64,000 nt of DNA from Acidobacteriota bacterium (GCA_963666055.2 CAXWPH010000015.1:1792001-1856000); one strand, 5' to 3'; positions 19,560 through 29,707 are shown, counted from the stretch's first letter. The notes: generated by a model from the sequence alone, not told the origin. Numbers and translations are program-made.

Positions 19560-20771
19560 CTAGAAAGTCCGTATGGATGGGGGTGGGGTACGCGATTCCG
19601 GCAGCGCCAGCTCGTCGGCCCAACGCGGATCGAAAACGCCGCGACGGTACGTATGGGCGACCATCGCCAGGTGATGATAGAGCGCTTGCTCGTCGTCCGA
19701 CAGCGGGCCGGCGCGGTAGGCGCCGGTGTCCATGCCGCGCTGCGCGCCCTCACACACCGCCCAGTCCTGCTGGTTGGTCAGGTGCCAGAAATCGCACGCG
19801 TAGGCAGGATCGAAACCCTCCCGCGCCACAACCTCGGGAGCGAACAGCCAGCGGCACTCGACGCGTGTGCGGTCAGTGGCCAACGGCTCGAAGGTGTGGG
19901 TCAGGACGTAGTCGGGGTGAGCGCTGATAAGCAAGTTCGGGAACAACTCGAGATAGAGGACCTGTCGCAGCTGCGCACCGCTGAGACCCGGCAGCGGCTC
20001 GGCGCCGCTCGCCCCGGTCAACGAAAGCGTCTCGGCACTGGGCACAATGTCCATCGAGCCGCCAACCCAGGCGCCGTCCGGCTGCCACAGGTAGCCGCTG
20101 TCGGCCGGGCTGACCCGGCACAGCTCTGGATGAATCAGCGGGCAGTGGTAGCACTCATGGTAGTTCTCGATGATCAGCTTCCAGTTGGCGTTCACCACGT
20201 ATTCGTGGCGCGCGCCCTCGACGAGCTCGTCGGCGCCGTACGCCGCCATAGTCGTGCTGAGGCGCTCGCCCGTGTAGGTGACAAGGTCCACCGCCGATCC
20301 CGAGATGTTCACGAACAGCCAGCCACCCCACTCACCGACCGACACCGGCACCAGGCTGAAATCGGCGGGGTCGAAGCTCGCATCCTCGCAATGCCGGGCG
20401 CTGGCGACCGTCCCGTCGAGGTCGTAGCTCCAGCCGTGATAGGGACACCTCACCCGGCCGCCGGTGCGCGCCTCGCCGCAGGCGATGAGCTCGTGGCCAC
20501 GGTGGCTGCAGACGTTGAAGAAGCCCCGGATCGACCCGCCCTCGGCGCGCGTCAGCAGCAATTGCCTGTCGGCGACCGAAAGGCCGAGCTGCGAACCGAC
20601 CTGGTGCAGGTCCTGGACGCGGCCGACGCACACCCAGGTGTCGGCGTAGATGTGCTCCAGCTCCCACGCATAGACCTCGGGCGAGGTATACGCCTCACCG
20701 GGAAGCATGCGGCTGTCCCCGAATGGCTCGAGTACCGCCTGCAGCGCCGACGCCGGAATCGGTGCGGACAT
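19560..20771 (-). CDS. Rieske non-heme iron oxygenase alpha subunit (GbcA/choline monooxygenase/CntA-like)
   Basis: CSHRG..CPYHGW Rieske motif; ENYHECYHCPLIHP and QQD mononuclear iron ligands. Confidence 0.9.
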   Translation of the reverse strand: MSAPIPASALQAVLEPFGDSRMLPGEAYTSPEVYAWELEHIYADTWVCVGRVQDLHQVGSQLGLSVADRQLLLTRAEGGSIRGFFNVCSHRGHELIACGEARTGGRVRCPYHGWSYDLDGTVASARHCEDASFDPADFSLVPVSVGEWGGWLFVNISGSAVDLVTYTGERLSTTMAAYGADELVEGARHEYVVNANWKLIIENYHECYHCPLIHPELCRVSPADSGYLWQPDGAWVGGSMDIVPSAETLSLTGASGAEPLPGLSGAQLRQVLYLELFPNLLISAHPDYVLTHTFEPLATDRTRVECRWLFAPEVVAREGFDPAYACDFWHLTNQQDWAVCEGAQRGMDTGAYRAGPLSDDEQALYHHLAMVAHTYRRGVFDPRWADELALPESRTPPPSIRTF

Positions 20772-20799
20772 CACCTGTGTCTCCTCTCACCAGCTCTTC

Positions 20800-20845
20800 T
20801 TGAACCGCTGTTCAAAGTGTAGCGACCCCTTTCTCGGGCCGTCAA
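20800..20845 (-). promoter_or_regulatory. Sigma70-like promoter for the Rieske operon plus palindromic operator TTGAAC-CGCT-GTTCAA
   Basis: Minus strand TTGACG (20845-20840), 18-nt spacer, TACACT (20821-20816); perfect palindrome at 20800-20815 immediately downstream. Confidence 0.7.
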
Positions 20846-20877
20846 GATCGACCCGCCGCACAAGTGCGCCGGCTATG

Positions 20878-20926
20878 TAGACTTGGTCGATCGGCTACCG
20901 CTATCATGGTGAACCGCTGTTCAAAG
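20878..20926 (+). promoter_or_regulatory. Sigma70-like promoter for the aminotransferase-potA unit plus operator GTGAACCGCTGTTCAA
   Basis: TAGACT (20878-20883), 18-nt spacer, TATCAT (20902-20907); operator at 20909-20924; 17-bp TGAACCGCTGTTCAAAG identical to 20801-20817. Confidence 0.65.
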
Positions 20927-20945
20927 AATACTCACGGAGTAGGCT

Positions 20946-22328
20946 GTGATGTCCGAGACCACAGAAGCAATTGCCCGTAGCAAAGCACCCCTCGTCGAGC
21001 TCACCGAGAAGCAGGAGCGCATCTTCGTTGAGCGTCAGCCGAGGTCGGGGGAGCTGTCGGCGCGGGCGCTTCGATCGCTGGCCGGCGGAACCACTTCGAG
21101 TTGGCAGATGGCGCGACCACAAACCGTGTGGGTCAGCCACGGAAGCGGCTCGAAAGTCTACGACGTCGATGGCAACGAGTACGTCGACCTTCACGGCGGC
21201 TACGGCGTCGGCCTCGTCGGCCACGGGCACCCGGCGCTGGTGCGCGCCTTGAGCGAGCGGGCTCCGCTCGGCACGCACTTTGCTCAGCCGACCGAGGACG
21301 CGATTCTCGTCGCCGAGGAGCTGGCACGACGATTCGATCAACCGCTTTGGCGCTTTACCAACTCGGGGACCGAATCGACGCTCGACGCATTCCACCTGAT
21401 GCGCTGCGCCACGGGTCGGGACATCGTTCTCAAGGTGGAGGGCTGCTACCACGGCCACCATGATTCGGCGATGGTCTCGGTGGCCAACGAGGCCGACGAG
21501 ATCGGGCCGGTGGAGCGACCGCACAGCCCCCAAGCCGGCAGCGGCTTGCCTGCCGCGACTACCGATCTGACCTGGATCGTTCACTACAACGATCTGGAGA
21601 TCGTGGAGCGCCTGCTGGTAGAGAACCCCGGTCGAGTCGCCGGGATGATCCTCGAGCCGATCATGATGAACGCCGGTATCATTGGCCCACAGGATGGCTA
21701 CCTGGCGGGTTTGAAGGACCTACTCCATCGTCACGGTGCGCTGCTGACCTTCGACGAGGTCAAGACAGGCCTCACCGTCGGCCCCGGGGGAGCCACCCGG
21801 CGGCTCGGCGTAACCCCGGATCTGGTCACCCTTGCCAAGGCGATCGGTGGGGGGGTGCCGTGTGGCGCGGTCGGTGGCAGCGAAGCGGTCATGGGTCTGA
21901 TCGTCGAGCGGGAGTACGAGCAGATCGGCACGTTCAACGGCAACCCATTGACCATGGCGGCGTGCCGAGCGGTGCTCACCGAGATCCTCGACGACGACGC
22001 CCACGCGCATGTCGAGTCGCTCCGAGAGCACATGCAACGCGGCGTCGAGGCGATCATCGAGGAGTACGGGATGGACGCCCACGTGATGGCTTTCGGAGCC
22101 AAGGGCTGTGTGACGTTCTCGTCGACGCGACTCGACAACTACCGCGGCTTCCTCGAGATCGACGGCGATCTCAGCCACCTTCACTGCTTAGTGCAGCACA
22201 ACGGCGGTGTGTTCCTGCCGCCGTGGGGCAAGGCCGAGCAGTGGACACTGTCGATACAGCACACGCCGGGAGACGCGCAGCGGTTCGTCGATAATTTCAG
22301 GACGTTCGCGCAGGCGCTCTCGGGGTGA
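20946..22328 (+). CDS. Class III PLP aminotransferase (GSA-aminomutase-like)
   Basis: YDVDGNEYVD, NSGTES, GCYHG, FDEVKTG, PDLVTLAKAIGGG, GTFNGNP. Confidence 0.9.
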   Translation: MMSETTEAIARSKAPLVELTEKQERIFVERQPRSGELSARALRSLAGGTTSSWQMARPQTVWVSHGSGSKVYDVDGNEYVDLHGGYGVGLVGHGHPALVRALSERAPLGTHFAQPTEDAILVAEELARRFDQPLWRFTNSGTESTLDAFHLMRCATGRDIVLKVEGCYHGHHDSAMVSVANEADEIGPVERPHSPQAGSGLPAATTDLTWIVHYNDLEIVERLLVENPGRVAGMILEPIMMNAGIIGPQDGYLAGLKDLLHRHGALLTFDEVKTGLTVGPGGATRRLGVTPDLVTLAKAIGGGVPCGAVGGSEAVMGLIVEREYEQIGTFNGNPLTMAACRAVLTEILDDDAHAHVESLREHMQRGVEAIIEEYGMDAHVMAFGAKGCVTFSSTRLDNYRGFLEIDGDLSHLHCLVQHNGGVFLPPWGKAEQWTLSIQHTPGDAQRFVDNFRTFAQALSG

Positions 22329-22418
22329 GGCTCGGGGGCTGCGGAGGTCATCGCCGGGAGGCGGCGCGCCACGCCGAGAGGGTGCTTACCAACGTGACGC
22401 GCCCCCCGGCGTAGCCCG

Positions 22419-23510
22419 GTGCAGACCGATGAGCACGGCGGCCACCTGCAGCTCAGCGGGCTAGCCAAGGAGTACGGCGACTTCACCGCTGTGCGCGATG
22501 TCGACCTCGAGGTCGCGCCGGGGGAGTTCTTCTCGCTTCTCGGACCGTCGGGGTGCGGTAAGACCACCATGCTGCGTATGGTGGCGGGCTTCGAACGGCC
22601 GACGCGCGGCAAGATCTACCTGGACGGCGAAGACCTGTCGGAGACCCCCCCACACAGGCGCACCGTCAACACGGTTTTCCAGAGCTATGCGCTCTTCCCG
22701 CACCTCACGGTGGGCGACAACGTCGCTTTCGGGTTGCGCTTTCGGGATATCTCGAGGGCGGAGGAGGGCGCCAAGGTCCGAGCGACCCTCGAGTTGGTGC
22801 AGATGGAGGGCATGGCCGACCGCAAGCCGGCACGCCTGTCCGGCGGACAGCAACAACGAGTTGCTCTCGCCCGCGCCTTGGTGCTGGACCCTGCGATACT
22901 GCTGCTCGACGAGCCGCTCGGCGCCCTCGACGCTCAGCTCAAGAAGTTGTTGCAGGTCGAGCTGAAGCGAATCCAGGAGCGCGTCGGGATCACCTTCGTC
23001 TACGTGACCCACGACCAGGAGGAGGCGATGGCTTTGTCCGACCGGATGTGCGTCATGCACGAGGGCACGATCCGGCAGGTGGGTCCGCCGCGACAGGTGT
23101 ACGAAGAGCCGGCCAGCACCTTCGTCGCCGACTTTCTGGGCGTATCCAACGTCATCGCCGCCAAGGCTCTCGGACGCCATGCGAACGGCGGTTGCCGGGT
23201 GGCGATCGGCGACCGCGAGCTGGTTGCCGAGGCCGGCGACATCGACGCTACCGGAGAGGTGAAGGTCATGCTACGGCCAGAGCACCTGCGTGTCGGAGAG
23301 CCTGAGGAGTCGGGGTTGAATCGGCTACACGGGATCATCGAGCGTCTCGTCTATTTGGGGCCGACGACGCAGATGTTCATTCAGCTCGACGGCGGCCAGA
23401 CGGTGCAAGCGTTGATCTCGAACCGTGGCGACGCCATCGAGTACCCGCGGGGCAGCCGCGTCTCGGTAGGCCTACCGTCGTCGGCGCTGCGCGTTCTGAC
23501 CACCGGCTGA
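22419..23510 (+). CDS. potA: Polyamine ABC transporter ATP-binding subunit
   Basis: GPSGCGKTT, VFQSYALFPHL, LSGGQQQR, LLLDEP, VTHDQEEA; C-terminal TOBE-like region. Confidence 0.9.
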   Translation: MQTDEHGGHLQLSGLAKEYGDFTAVRDVDLEVAPGEFFSLLGPSGCGKTTMLRMVAGFERPTRGKIYLDGEDLSETPPHRRTVNTVFQSYALFPHLTVGDNVAFGLRFRDISRAEEGAKVRATLELVQMEGMADRKPARLSGGQQQRVALARALVLDPAILLLDEPLGALDAQLKKLLQVELKRIQERVGITFVYVTHDQEEAMALSDRMCVMHEGTIRQVGPPRQVYEEPASTFVADFLGVSNVIAAKALGRHANGGCRVAIGDRELVAEAGDIDATGEVKVMLRPEHLRVGEPEESGLNRLHGIIERLVYLGPTTQMFIQLDGGQTVQALISNRGDAIEYPRGSRVSVGLPSSALRVLTTG

Positions 23511-23561
23511 CGGTCTCCTGTCGGAGCGTCGGCGCCCCCCGGGCCGGTTCGCGCCGGCAGG

Positions 23562-24443
23562 CTAACTGAGTCGCGCGAACTCCTCGACCGCCGACCCGCC
23601 GGCGCCCGAGCGCGCCCGAGCGCGGCGCATGATCAGCGCCGCTGCCAGCACCGCGAGCAGCGTCAAGAACAGCAGGATGCTGGCCAGCGCGTTGAGCGCC
23701 GGCGTCGGCGCCAATCGCGCCGCGCTGTAGAGACGCACCGGGATGGTAGCCGACTCCGCCCCACCCGAGAGAAAAGCGCTGATCACAAAATCGTCGATCG
23801 ACACCGCGAAGGCGATCATCAGGCTGGCGAAGATCGCCGCCGCCATGAGCGGCAACAGAACCATGCGCACTGCTTGCGCCGGGGTCGCGCCGAGGTCCAT
23901 CGCCGCCTCTTCATAGTCGCGGCCGATCGCGAAGAGGCGGCCGCGTACCACGATGACGACGTACGAGATGGTGAACGTGACGTGGCCGATGAGCTGCGCC
24001 CACGTGCCGAGCTCGATGAACGGGAACAAGTAGATGAATACCATGAGCAGCGACACGCCCATGACCAGCTCAGGGGTCGCCATCGGCAGCAGCAACAGGA
24101 AGTTGGCGGGCTTCGAGCCGCGACCTCTCCACCGTGCCAGGCCGAGCGCCAGCGCCACTCCGAGGGGCGTGGCAACCAGCATCGTCAGCCCGGCGAGCTT
24201 GAGGCTTTGCTTCAACGCTGCTATCAGCGACCCATCGTTCCAGACAGACAGGTTCGGATCGGTGAAGTACCAGCGCAGCGAAAACCCCTGCCAGACGCTG
24301 CGCGACCGGCCCTCATTGAAACCGAATTGCACCGCAATGAGCACTGGCAGCAGTGACCATGCAATGTAACCCCAGACAAACAGCTGTAACAATCGCGGTT
24401 GGCCCCACGGGTCACGCCACCGGCGAATGAACCGGTTGATCAT
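23562..24443 (-). CDS. potC: Polyamine ABC transporter permease
   Basis: GFSLRWY, EEAAMDLGA EAA loop, SIDDF. Confidence 0.88.
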   Translation of the reverse strand: MINRFIRRWRDPWGQPRLLQLFVWGYIAWSLLPVLIAVQFGFNEGRSRSVWQGFSLRWYFTDPNLSVWNDGSLIAALKQSLKLAGLTMLVATPLGVALALGLARWRGRGSKPANFLLLLPMATPELVMGVSLLMVFIYLFPFIELGTWAQLIGHVTFTISYVVIVVRGRLFAIGRDYEEAAMDLGATPAQAVRMVLLPLMAAAIFASLMIAFAVSIDDFVISAFLSGGAESATIPVRLYSAARLAPTPALNALASILLFLTLLAVLAAALIMRRARARSGAGGSAVEEFARLS

Positions 24444-25351
24444 TGTTGGCTCTCTCGCGCCGCACCCATGACGGTAAACAGATAATAGGCCATCAACATC
24501 GCAATAAGCGCCATCAAGACCACCGTCAGTGCGGCTCCGGTCGCACCGCCGACGCCACTGTTGATGAACAGATCGATCTCATTGCCGATCATTCGCGTGC
24601 GCGGCGACCCTGAAAGAAGATTCGGCGTGTAGTAATCGCCGAACAGCGGCAGCATGATGATCACCACGCCGGCCAGAACTCCCTGTTTGGACAGCGGCAA
24701 CGTTACGTGCAGGAAGGTACGCACTGGACCCGCGCCTAGATCGCGTGCCGCTTCAAGCACGCTGCTGTCGATCTGATCGAGAGCGGCGTACAGCGGCAGT
24801 ATCAGGAACGGTACATAGCCGTATACGAGCCCCAGAATCACCGTCTCGTGGTGGCCCACCAGCCAGGCGCGCGGGGCATCGAGCACGTTGACGAACACCA
24901 GGAACCGGTGCACGTAGCCGTCGACTGCCAACAGGTTCTGCCAGGCCATCATCCGCATCAGGTAGTTGATCCAGAAGGGAGCGACGATCAGACCGAGTAG
25001 CAATCCTCGCCAGCGACCGGCGTGGCGAGCGAGGTAGTAGGCGACCGGATAGCCGATCAGCAGACAGAGCATGGACGCGGTGCCGACGTAGACGAAGGTG
25101 CGAATGAAGATCGCCGTCAGGCGGCCGCCGAACAGCTCGCCCAGTACCTCGGGGAAGATCGCCGGGTTCCAGCGGATCGGATTCCACACCGGCTCGGCGC
25201 TACTGAAGACCGGGTCGAGGCGTCCCATCGCCACCGATAGCAACGCGTAGAACGGGGTAACGAAGAAGAGCAGCAACCATGCGATCCCGGGAGCGGCGAG
25301 CGCTCGCCACAACCACGTTCGATTGCGCGAGAGGTCAGCGCCGCTAGCCAC
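24440..25351 (-). CDS. potB: Polyamine ABC transporter permease
   Basis: GYPVAY, PFWINYLMR, YVPFLILPLY, EAARDLGA. Confidence 0.88.
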   Translation of the reverse strand: MASGADLSRNRTWLWRALAAPGIAWLLLFFVTPFYALLSVAMGRLDPVFSSAEPVWNPIRWNPAIFPEVLGELFGGRLTAIFIRTFVYVGTASMLCLLIGYPVAYYLARHAGRWRGLLLGLIVAPFWINYLMRMMAWQNLLAVDGYVHRFLVFVNVLDAPRAWLVGHHETVILGLVYGYVPFLILPLYAALDQIDSSVLEAARDLGAGPVRTFLHVTLPLSKQGVLAGVVIIMLPLFGDYYTPNLLSGSPRTRMIGNEIDLFINSGVGGATGAALTVVLMALIAMLMAYYLFTVMGAARESQQ

Positions 25352-26645
25352 CTGACTGAACCGACGCCCAGACCTTCATCCATTCGATCTCGACTTCGGG
25401 TGGCAACTGAAGCGGCAGCTGGCCAATCGAAAAATCGTCTTCGGTGGTGATCGTACTAGCGAGGTTCGGCGGTATGTGCCCCTCGGAGACGAACGTCTCC
25501 GGATTGACCGTCCTGAGCGGCGGTGGGTTACCGATCCAGCCGAAATTGCTCAGGGCGTTCGCGGTCTCGAGCATGAAGTTGATGAAGTGATGCGCCAACA
25601 CGGGATGCTCGGCGTTGCGAGGGATCGCGAAGGTTTCCACCGCGACCATACCGCCGGCGCTCGACTGCTCGGACCGTGGAGGCCAGAAGTAGCGCATCAC
25701 GGACGGGTCCTCATCACGCGGAAAGTAGGCTCGCGACTGAACGACGTCGCCCGACCAGGCATGATGCAGGGCGAACCCACGCTCCGGGATCTTGGCGTAG
25801 ACACCATCGATTGTGAAGCGCACGTTGATCAGATCGATGAGCTCGAGCAGCTTACGGCGAGCCTTCTCGAGCCGCGCCGGATCCGCGGTGTTGATGTCGT
25901 TGGTTCCGGTGGCGTACAGGCCGACCCCGATGGTCTCCTTGAAGTCGTCGTACATGCCAGCGATCCCGTGGTATTGAGGATCCCAGAAGACGTGCCACGG
26001 ATTGGTCATCGCCTCGAGGTCGGGGGACACCATGTCTTCCCGCCATGCGATACCCGTTTGGTACACCGTGTACGGAGCCGTGTACCGCGCCCCCTGATCG
26101 TAGAAGGGGCTTACGAGGCTCGGCCACACGTTGGCGAGGTTGGGCAGGTAGGCGTGGTTGAGCGGCTGCAATAGCTGACCAGCAATGCACTTGGGTATCT
26201 GCTCGAGGGGCGGGAAATAAACGTCGAAGCGGCCCGCCTTGGTGCGCAGCTTCCGGATTGCCTCCTCGTTGTTGTAAAAGGTCGTGTACTCCCAGTCGAC
26301 GCCGTAGCGCTCCGAGAACGCGTTCAAGACCGGGATGTGGACGTACTCGGCCCAGTTGAAGATCTGCAGCGGTCCTGACTCGATATCCAGGCCGCTATCG
26401 ATCGGCGGGTTGTCATCGAATAGCGGATGCTGAACGGGGTTTTCCGGCGTCCCGACCAGGACGCGCCGCCGGTCGTCCGTGGCAAAGCTGGCACCGGCTC
26501 CGCAGCCGGCGAGGCTGGCGCTGAGCCCAGCGCCACCGACGATGCGCAGCAGCTCACGGCGGTTGAGAGCGCCGCGGCGCCAGGCAGGGTCGCGAGGGTG
26601 GAAGACCATCGAGGGAGCCTCGCCGACGGCGCCCATCGAACGCAA
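25344..26645 (-). CDS. potD: Polyamine ABC transporter substrate-binding protein, Tat lipoprotein-like
   Basis: NRRELL..LAGC leader; IFNWAEY, AWSGD, AHHFINFML; start uncertain. Confidence 0.85.
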   Translation of the reverse strand: MRSMGAVGEAPSMVFHPRDPAWRRGALNRRELLRIVGGAGLSASLAGCGAGASFATDDRRRVLVGTPENPVQHPLFDDNPPIDSGLDIESGPLQIFNWAEYVHIPVLNAFSERYGVDWEYTTFYNNEEAIRKLRTKAGRFDVYFPPLEQIPKCIAGQLLQPLNHAYLPNLANVWPSLVSPFYDQGARYTAPYTVYQTGIAWREDMVSPDLEAMTNPWHVFWDPQYHGIAGMYDDFKETIGVGLYATGTNDINTADPARLEKARRKLLELIDLINVRFTIDGVYAKIPERGFALHHAWSGDVVQSRAYFPRDEDPSVMRYFWPPRSEQSSAGGMVAVETFAIPRNAEHPVLAHHFINFMLETANALSNFGWIGNPPPLRTVNPETFVSEGHIPPNLASTITTEDDFSIGQLPLQLPPEVEIEWMKVWASVQSGG

Positions 26646-26705
26646 GTGCGCAGGGCGATTATCGTACGCTCCAACGACCCGCCGCTCCTCGAGGTCGCAA
26701 CGGTT

Positions 26706-27341
26706 TCAAACCTTCGCGGTCACCAAGGCCGGCACCCCGAAACCAAGGGACTCCGACGCCATGCAGACACAGATCCGGCGGGCGCGCTCGTAGTCGGCCT
26801 CGGGATCCCCCAGCACATGTTGCACGGCGATGCCATCGAGGAGGCAGGCTAGGTGCATGGCGAAATCCTCGACGTCGACAGCATCGAACTCGCCAGCCGA
26901 CTGGCCCTCACGGACGATATCGGCAATCGTGGCGCGCCAGCGACGATCGCCCGCGGCTCGCTTCTTTGCGGCAGCGTCGTCGCGGAGTGCCCGCGACCAC
27001 AGCTCGATCCAGAGGGCGAAGTCGTCGCGCAGCACTGGTGCCATGGCTTCGTGACCGCAGCTGAGCTCGATGAGCCGCACGAGCTTCTCGCTGGCGCTCT
27101 TCAACGTGGTCAGCTCGGCAAAGATCGCCAGATAGAAGCGGTCCTCGGCATAGGCCAGCGCCTCGGTGAGCAATCGGTCCTTGGACTCGAAGTAGTAGAG
27201 CACCAGCGCGGCACTCGTTCCCGTGCGGTCGGCAACGTCGGCAATTCGCGCCTTGCAAACGCCGCGTTCGACAATTGTCTCCACCGCGGCCTCGAGGATC
27301 TCCTGGCGCCTTTTGCGGCTGATCTTGGGTCGTGGAGCCAT
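26706..27341 (-). CDS. TetR-family regulator, BetI-type C-terminal domain
   Basis: RRQEILEAA..IADVA..LVLYYFESKDRL HTH; LWIELW, LLDGIAVQ. Confidence 0.9.
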   Translation of the reverse strand: MAPRPKISRKRRQEILEAAVETIVERGVCKARIADVADRTGTSAALVLYYFESKDRLLTEALAYAEDRFYLAIFAELTTLKSASEKLVRLIELSCGHEAMAPVLRDDFALWIELWSRALRDDAAAKKRAAGDRRWRATIADIVREGQSAGEFDAVDVEDFAMHLACLLDGIAVQHVLGDPEADYERARRICVCMASESLGFGVPALVTAKV

Positions 27342-27357
27342 ACCTACGCGGGAGTTA

Positions 27358-27472
27358 CTGAACCGGTATTCAAGATGTTGATGAATTAACGATGCCGTGA
27401 TTCTAGACCATGCGCGCCTTTCCTTCCCGGGTTCTGCGAGATATCGTCTGCGGCGGCTGAATGGTCAGTCAG
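27358..27472. promoter_or_regulatory. Two further TGA-N8-TCA operator sites in the tetR/CoA-ligase divergent region
   Basis: CTGAACCGGTATTCAA (27358-27373) and CTGAATGGTCAGTCAG (27457-27472); same spacing as the 20.8-kb sites. Confidence 0.6.
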
Positions 27473-27548
27473 TTTTTGGGACTCCAACACCCGCCGGCAG
27501 AAACCGAGGCGAGCGCTTCGATCACGCGTCGGCTTCACGGCGGCTCGA

Positions 27549-29681
27549 GTGATGTCGGACACGGTCACCCTTCAACCGCACCTGGCGCCGATGCTGGCGG
27601 CGCGATCCGTGGCGATCGTGGGGGCGAGCAACCGCCCCGGATCCGCCGGCTACACCATGGTGTCCGAGCTCAAGATCGGCGGCTTCGCGGGCCCCATCTA
27701 CCCGGTCAACCCGGGCTACGAAGAGGTGCAGGGACTGCGCTGCTACGCATCGCTCGACCGCCTGCCGGAAGCGGTCGACCTGGTGATCCTCGGGATCAAG
27801 AACTCGCTGCTCGAGGGCCAGTTGCAACTGGCCGCGGACTGCGGCGCGGGTGCGGCGGTGATTTTCGCCAGCTGCTACGAGGAGCCGCAGGAGAGCGCGC
27901 CCGGGCTTCCCCAGCGACTGTCCGAGATCGCCCGCGCACACGCAATGCCGGTCTGCGGCGGCAACGGGATGGGCTTCTTCAACCTCGAGAACGGGCTCCG
28001 GGCGTTGGCGTATCCGGAGCTCGCCGATCTGGAGGCCGGGCCGATCACCTGGCTTAGCCACTCGGGCTCGGCCTATACCGCCATGACCCACAACCAGCGC
28101 GGGTTGAAGTTCAACCTCGCGGTCTCCACTGGTATGGAGCTGGCAACGACCGTAGCCGACTACATGAAATACGCGCTCGAGCTCGAATCGACCGGCATGA
28201 TCGCGATGTTCCTGGAGACGGTTCGTGATCCGCGAGGATTCCGCCAGGCGCTGCAGCTGGCGGAGGCGAAGGATATCCCGGTGGTGGTGCTGAAAACCGG
28301 CCGCGAGCCGCTCGCGCAGGAGCTGGTGGTGGCACATTCGGGTGGGCTCGCCGGAGAGGATGGAGCCTACGAGGCCGTGTTTCGCGAGTACGGCGTAGTT
28401 CGTGTCGCCAACCTCGACGAAATGGTCGACACGATGGAGCTGCTGAGCGCTGGCCGAGGTGCAGCGCCGGGAGGACTGGCGGCAGTTCACGACTCGGGAG
28501 GCGAACGCGCCCACCTCATCGACGTGGCCGCCGACGTGGACCTGCCGCTGGCACAGATCTCGGACGAGACGGTGGGCCGTCTGGCGGCGGTCCTGGACCC
28601 CGGCCTGCCCGCCGTCAACCCGGTCGACGCCTGGGGCACTGGAGCCGATCACGAAGCGATCTTCCTGGAGTGCATGCGCGCGTTGCTTGCCGACCCTGAT
28701 ACCGCCGCCCTCGGCTTCGTCGTTGACCTCGCAGACTACGTCCGCGACCCGGGTCACGGCTACGATCAGATGGCGGCGAAGATCTTCGCCGGGACCGACA
28801 AACCCGTGGCAGTCTTGAGCAACCTGCCAACGTCGATACCGGAGGAGTCCGCCGAGCTGATACGCAACGCCGGCGTCCCGTTGCTCGAGGGCACGGCTAC
28901 CGGGCTGCGAGCCTTCCGGGCGCTGTTCGACCGCCGCGACTTCGCAGCGCTGCCGACCTTTGCCTCCCCTGCGGCGGTTGAGGCGGAAGTGCGCGAGCGC
29001 TGGCGACGACGACTGCGCGAAAGCACTCGCTGTAGTGAGCAGGAAGGGCTGGCGCTGTTGAGCGACTACGGTCTCCCGACCATCGAGGGAGAAACGGCCG
29101 ACAGCACCGCGGACGCCGTCGCGGCGGCCAAGCGCTGCGGATGGCCAGTAGCGCTCAAGACCGCGGCCCCCGGAGTGGCGCACAAGTCGGACGTAGGCGG
29201 GGTCATCCTGGGGCTGGACAACTCGGTGGCCTTGGAGCGCGCGTGCAACAGGCTCATCGAGCGGCTTGGCCCTCCGGTGTTGGTGCAGAAGATGGCTCCC
29301 GCCGGCGTGGAGTTGGCGCTCGGCGTTGTCCGCGACGCCCAGTTCGGCCCACTGGTGATGGCGGCCACCGGCGGCGTGCTGGTGGAAATTGTCCGCGACC
29401 GCGCCTTCGCACTGCCGCCACTGGACGCGCCACGTGCCGAGCGGCTGCTGAACGGCCTAGCGGCCCGACGGCTCCTGTCTGGCGTCCGCGGAGCATCGCC
29501 CGCCGATACCCGCGCGGTCGTCGACGCCCTCGTACGACTCTCGGTGCTCGCCGTGGATCTGGGTGATCTCATCGACGGACTCGACATCAACCCGTTGATC
29601 GCCGGCCCTAAAGGCTGTGTAGCAGTGGACGCTCTCGTCGTTCCCCGAGCGCACGAGAGCCTGCCTGAACAGGACCCCTGA
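27549..29681 (+). CDS. Acetate--CoA ligase family (ADP-forming acyl-CoA synthetase, fused alpha-beta)
   Basis: SVAIVGAS, IYPVNP, AHSGGLAG, NPVD, HKSDVGGV, DINPL, AVDA. Confidence 0.9.
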   Translation: MMSDTVTLQPHLAPMLAARSVAIVGASNRPGSAGYTMVSELKIGGFAGPIYPVNPGYEEVQGLRCYASLDRLPEAVDLVILGIKNSLLEGQLQLAADCGAGAAVIFASCYEEPQESAPGLPQRLSEIARAHAMPVCGGNGMGFFNLENGLRALAYPELADLEAGPITWLSHSGSAYTAMTHNQRGLKFNLAVSTGMELATTVADYMKYALELESTGMIAMFLETVRDPRGFRQALQLAEAKDIPVVVLKTGREPLAQELVVAHSGGLAGEDGAYEAVFREYGVVRVANLDEMVDTMELLSAGRGAAPGGLAAVHDSGGERAHLIDVAADVDLPLAQISDETVGRLAAVLDPGLPAVNPVDAWGTGADHEAIFLECMRALLADPDTAALGFVVDLADYVRDPGHGYDQMAAKIFAGTDKPVAVLSNLPTSIPEESAELIRNAGVPLLEGTATGLRAFRALFDRRDFAALPTFASPAAVEAEVRERWRRRLRESTRCSEQEGLALLSDYGLPTIEGETADSTADAVAAAKRCGWPVALKTAAPGVAHKSDVGGVILGLDNSVALERACNRLIERLGPPVLVQKMAPAGVELALGVVRDAQFGPLVMAATGGVLVEIVRDRAFALPPLDAPRAERLLNGLAARRLLSGVRGASPADTRAVVDALVRLSVLAVDLGDLIDGLDINPLIAGPKGCVAVDALVVPRAHESLPEQDP

Positions 29682-29707
29682 CGCGACGCCGCAGGGCGCC
29701 GATCGGA

